The position numbers and the translations under genes were made by a program. The notes beneath the pieces were generated by a model, which was given only the letters and a program-made list of their open reading frames with translations, was not told where the DNA came from and searched no databases. From Phoronis australis (lineage: Eukaryota > Animalia > Phoronida): a stretch of DNA of 64,000 nucleotides. Shown one piece after another: positions 62,553-64,000 of the stretch. Each line of letters opens with the position of its first letter. The stretch's first letter is position 1. The DNA lies in the NCBI GenBank assembly GCA_002633005.1, contig NMRA01000008.1, positions 1,648,567-1,712,566 of the forward strand, written 5' to 3'.

Positions 62553-62966
62553 CTGCAAGCGAACAAAGATTTACTGAAATGTTTCACTCAATACCACTGC
62601 CAATGCAAGATGACACTTTTGTCTTTGCTTGGTTGTTGTGTGTCTATGTACTAGCGTGAGTGCGCCTGTGGCATAAAATTCATAACTCAGTGGCGTGGAT
62701 GGATTTTGACGCAATTAGCAAATAATGGAAATGAATAAAGATCTAATTGTTAGGTACAATTTAACAGAAGCTAAATTGCAACTGCAGGACTTAAGAAGAC
62801 AAAAATGTACAAAATGCACCTACAATACACGGGATAAACAGCAATGCATGCTTACTTCTCTAAAAATGTTGGTGAAAATCTCCTAAAGGGAGAGATACAC
62901 TGACAGCTGGAAATATGATAGGAGTTTGCACGGTTTCAAAAACATTAATTATGGATGAACCGTTAC

Positions 62967-63195
62967 CTTCCACAGCAGCCTCGATGCCCTGTAGCTTTGC
63001 CATCGCTGTGCCAACCTCTGACGTGAACTTGGCTCGTTCACTGATGACTGCAGTCTGCAGGAGCTCTGCATGCTGCTGTTTCAGCTCCCTCTCTTGGACA
63101 CTCAGGACATCATGGATGTGCTCACTATGGGCAGCTGCCTGCAGAGCCAGCTCGCGCCTGAGTTCACGCTCAAACTCCTTGCGGGATTCATACGC
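62967..63195 (-). CDS. IMMT: Mic60 penultimate exon (coiled coil); gene continues beyond the window
   Basis: AYESRKEFERELRRELALQAAAHSEHIHDVLSVQERELK...MAKLQGIEAAVE (cf. RQAAAH.DHL.DVL.VQE.EL). Donor G|GTAACG is phase 1, compatible with the terminal exon. Confidence 0.93.
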
Positions 63196-64000
63196 CTGAG
63201 AATGGTAATGCACGATAAACACAGTGATTTGGGTTTTTAAACGGTGCACCAGCGACTTGAATAAAGATTGACACAATTGTTTCTCGTCACAAATTGGTGA
63301 AAATTCACACAGAAAAACTCTTAGTAATTACACTTTTTTCAGTTTTCATCAATTTTGTCATATTTTTCATAAAACTAATCTAAACAAAATTTCATCATTT
63401 TTTATTCAACCATGAAAACCCAGAAACATCCTAAAATGAGAAAATGTTTACATAACGATCAAAAATAATAGCAGACGACAAAACGTAAAATGATACGGTG
63501 AAACTTGTAGAAGTCAGAAAACTTGCAAAAATCAGATACAACAGGACTGAAAGATTTCAAACAAGTAAAAGGAAATCCGGCTTCTTTGAGAAGCCGAATG
63601 CAAAAACTAGAAAAAGTGTACACCGTAACTTTGTCCATGTTAAACAAAAATCCAGTCTATGCAAGTCGGCTTGTGCAACTTTTACTGTATTCAAATTAAG
63701 GAGGAGATTTCAGCACAAACGAATGCGGAGTTGTGACAGTGCTTGCAAATTGACAGCTCTACGAATTAAATACATTTAATATAAAGCATGAAAATATTAA
63801 AGACCACCTTGAAGGGTAACATACAGTGAATTTGGGGCTACAATACATTTGCGCATCACAGTGAACATGACAACGCCCTAAAGTGCCAAAGGTAATGAAC
63901 AGTAACGCATATTACTTAGCATACTGGGCAGTAGTGCAGGACTACCCTGGAGACATATTTAGGTGCTTTTAGAAAATAATTTCAGCATTCCTCAAGTCCC

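Overview
This is animal genomic DNA, not prokaryotic: spliceosomal GT-AG introns, microsatellites, many MITEs, AT-rich. It is probably a marine invertebrate (inference). Six protein-coding genes are supported: (1) an intronless peptide-type class A GPCR, 7865-9253; (2) an intronless p24/TMED gamma-type GOLD protein, 14548-15165; (3) a spliced, secreted thermolysin-family (M4) metalloprotease closely resembling Pseudomonas LasB/vibriolysin, 17671-24484; (4) a 5-exon prostanoid-receptor-like GPCR, 32180-39178; (5) an SLC52 riboflavin transporter, 56171-59099; (6) the last two exons of Mic60/IMMT on the minus strand, 61951-63195. The main find is in the M4 gene. Between the two exons encoding its bacterial-type FTP propeptide lies a two-exon animal mucin CysD (WxxW) module flanked by phase-1/phase-1 splice sites. 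Inclusion would give a 623-aa CysD-protease chimera and skipping would give an intact 526-aa LasB-like zymogen. Alternatively the CysD exons belong to a small nested gene. Other notable items are a decayed tandem array of exon-2 copies in the prostanoid receptor intron, hAT-like MITEs with 5-bp target duplications, a mariner remnant in the probable Mic60 3' UTR, and one likely assembly duplication. All family assignments come from motif recognition by eye, not database searches.
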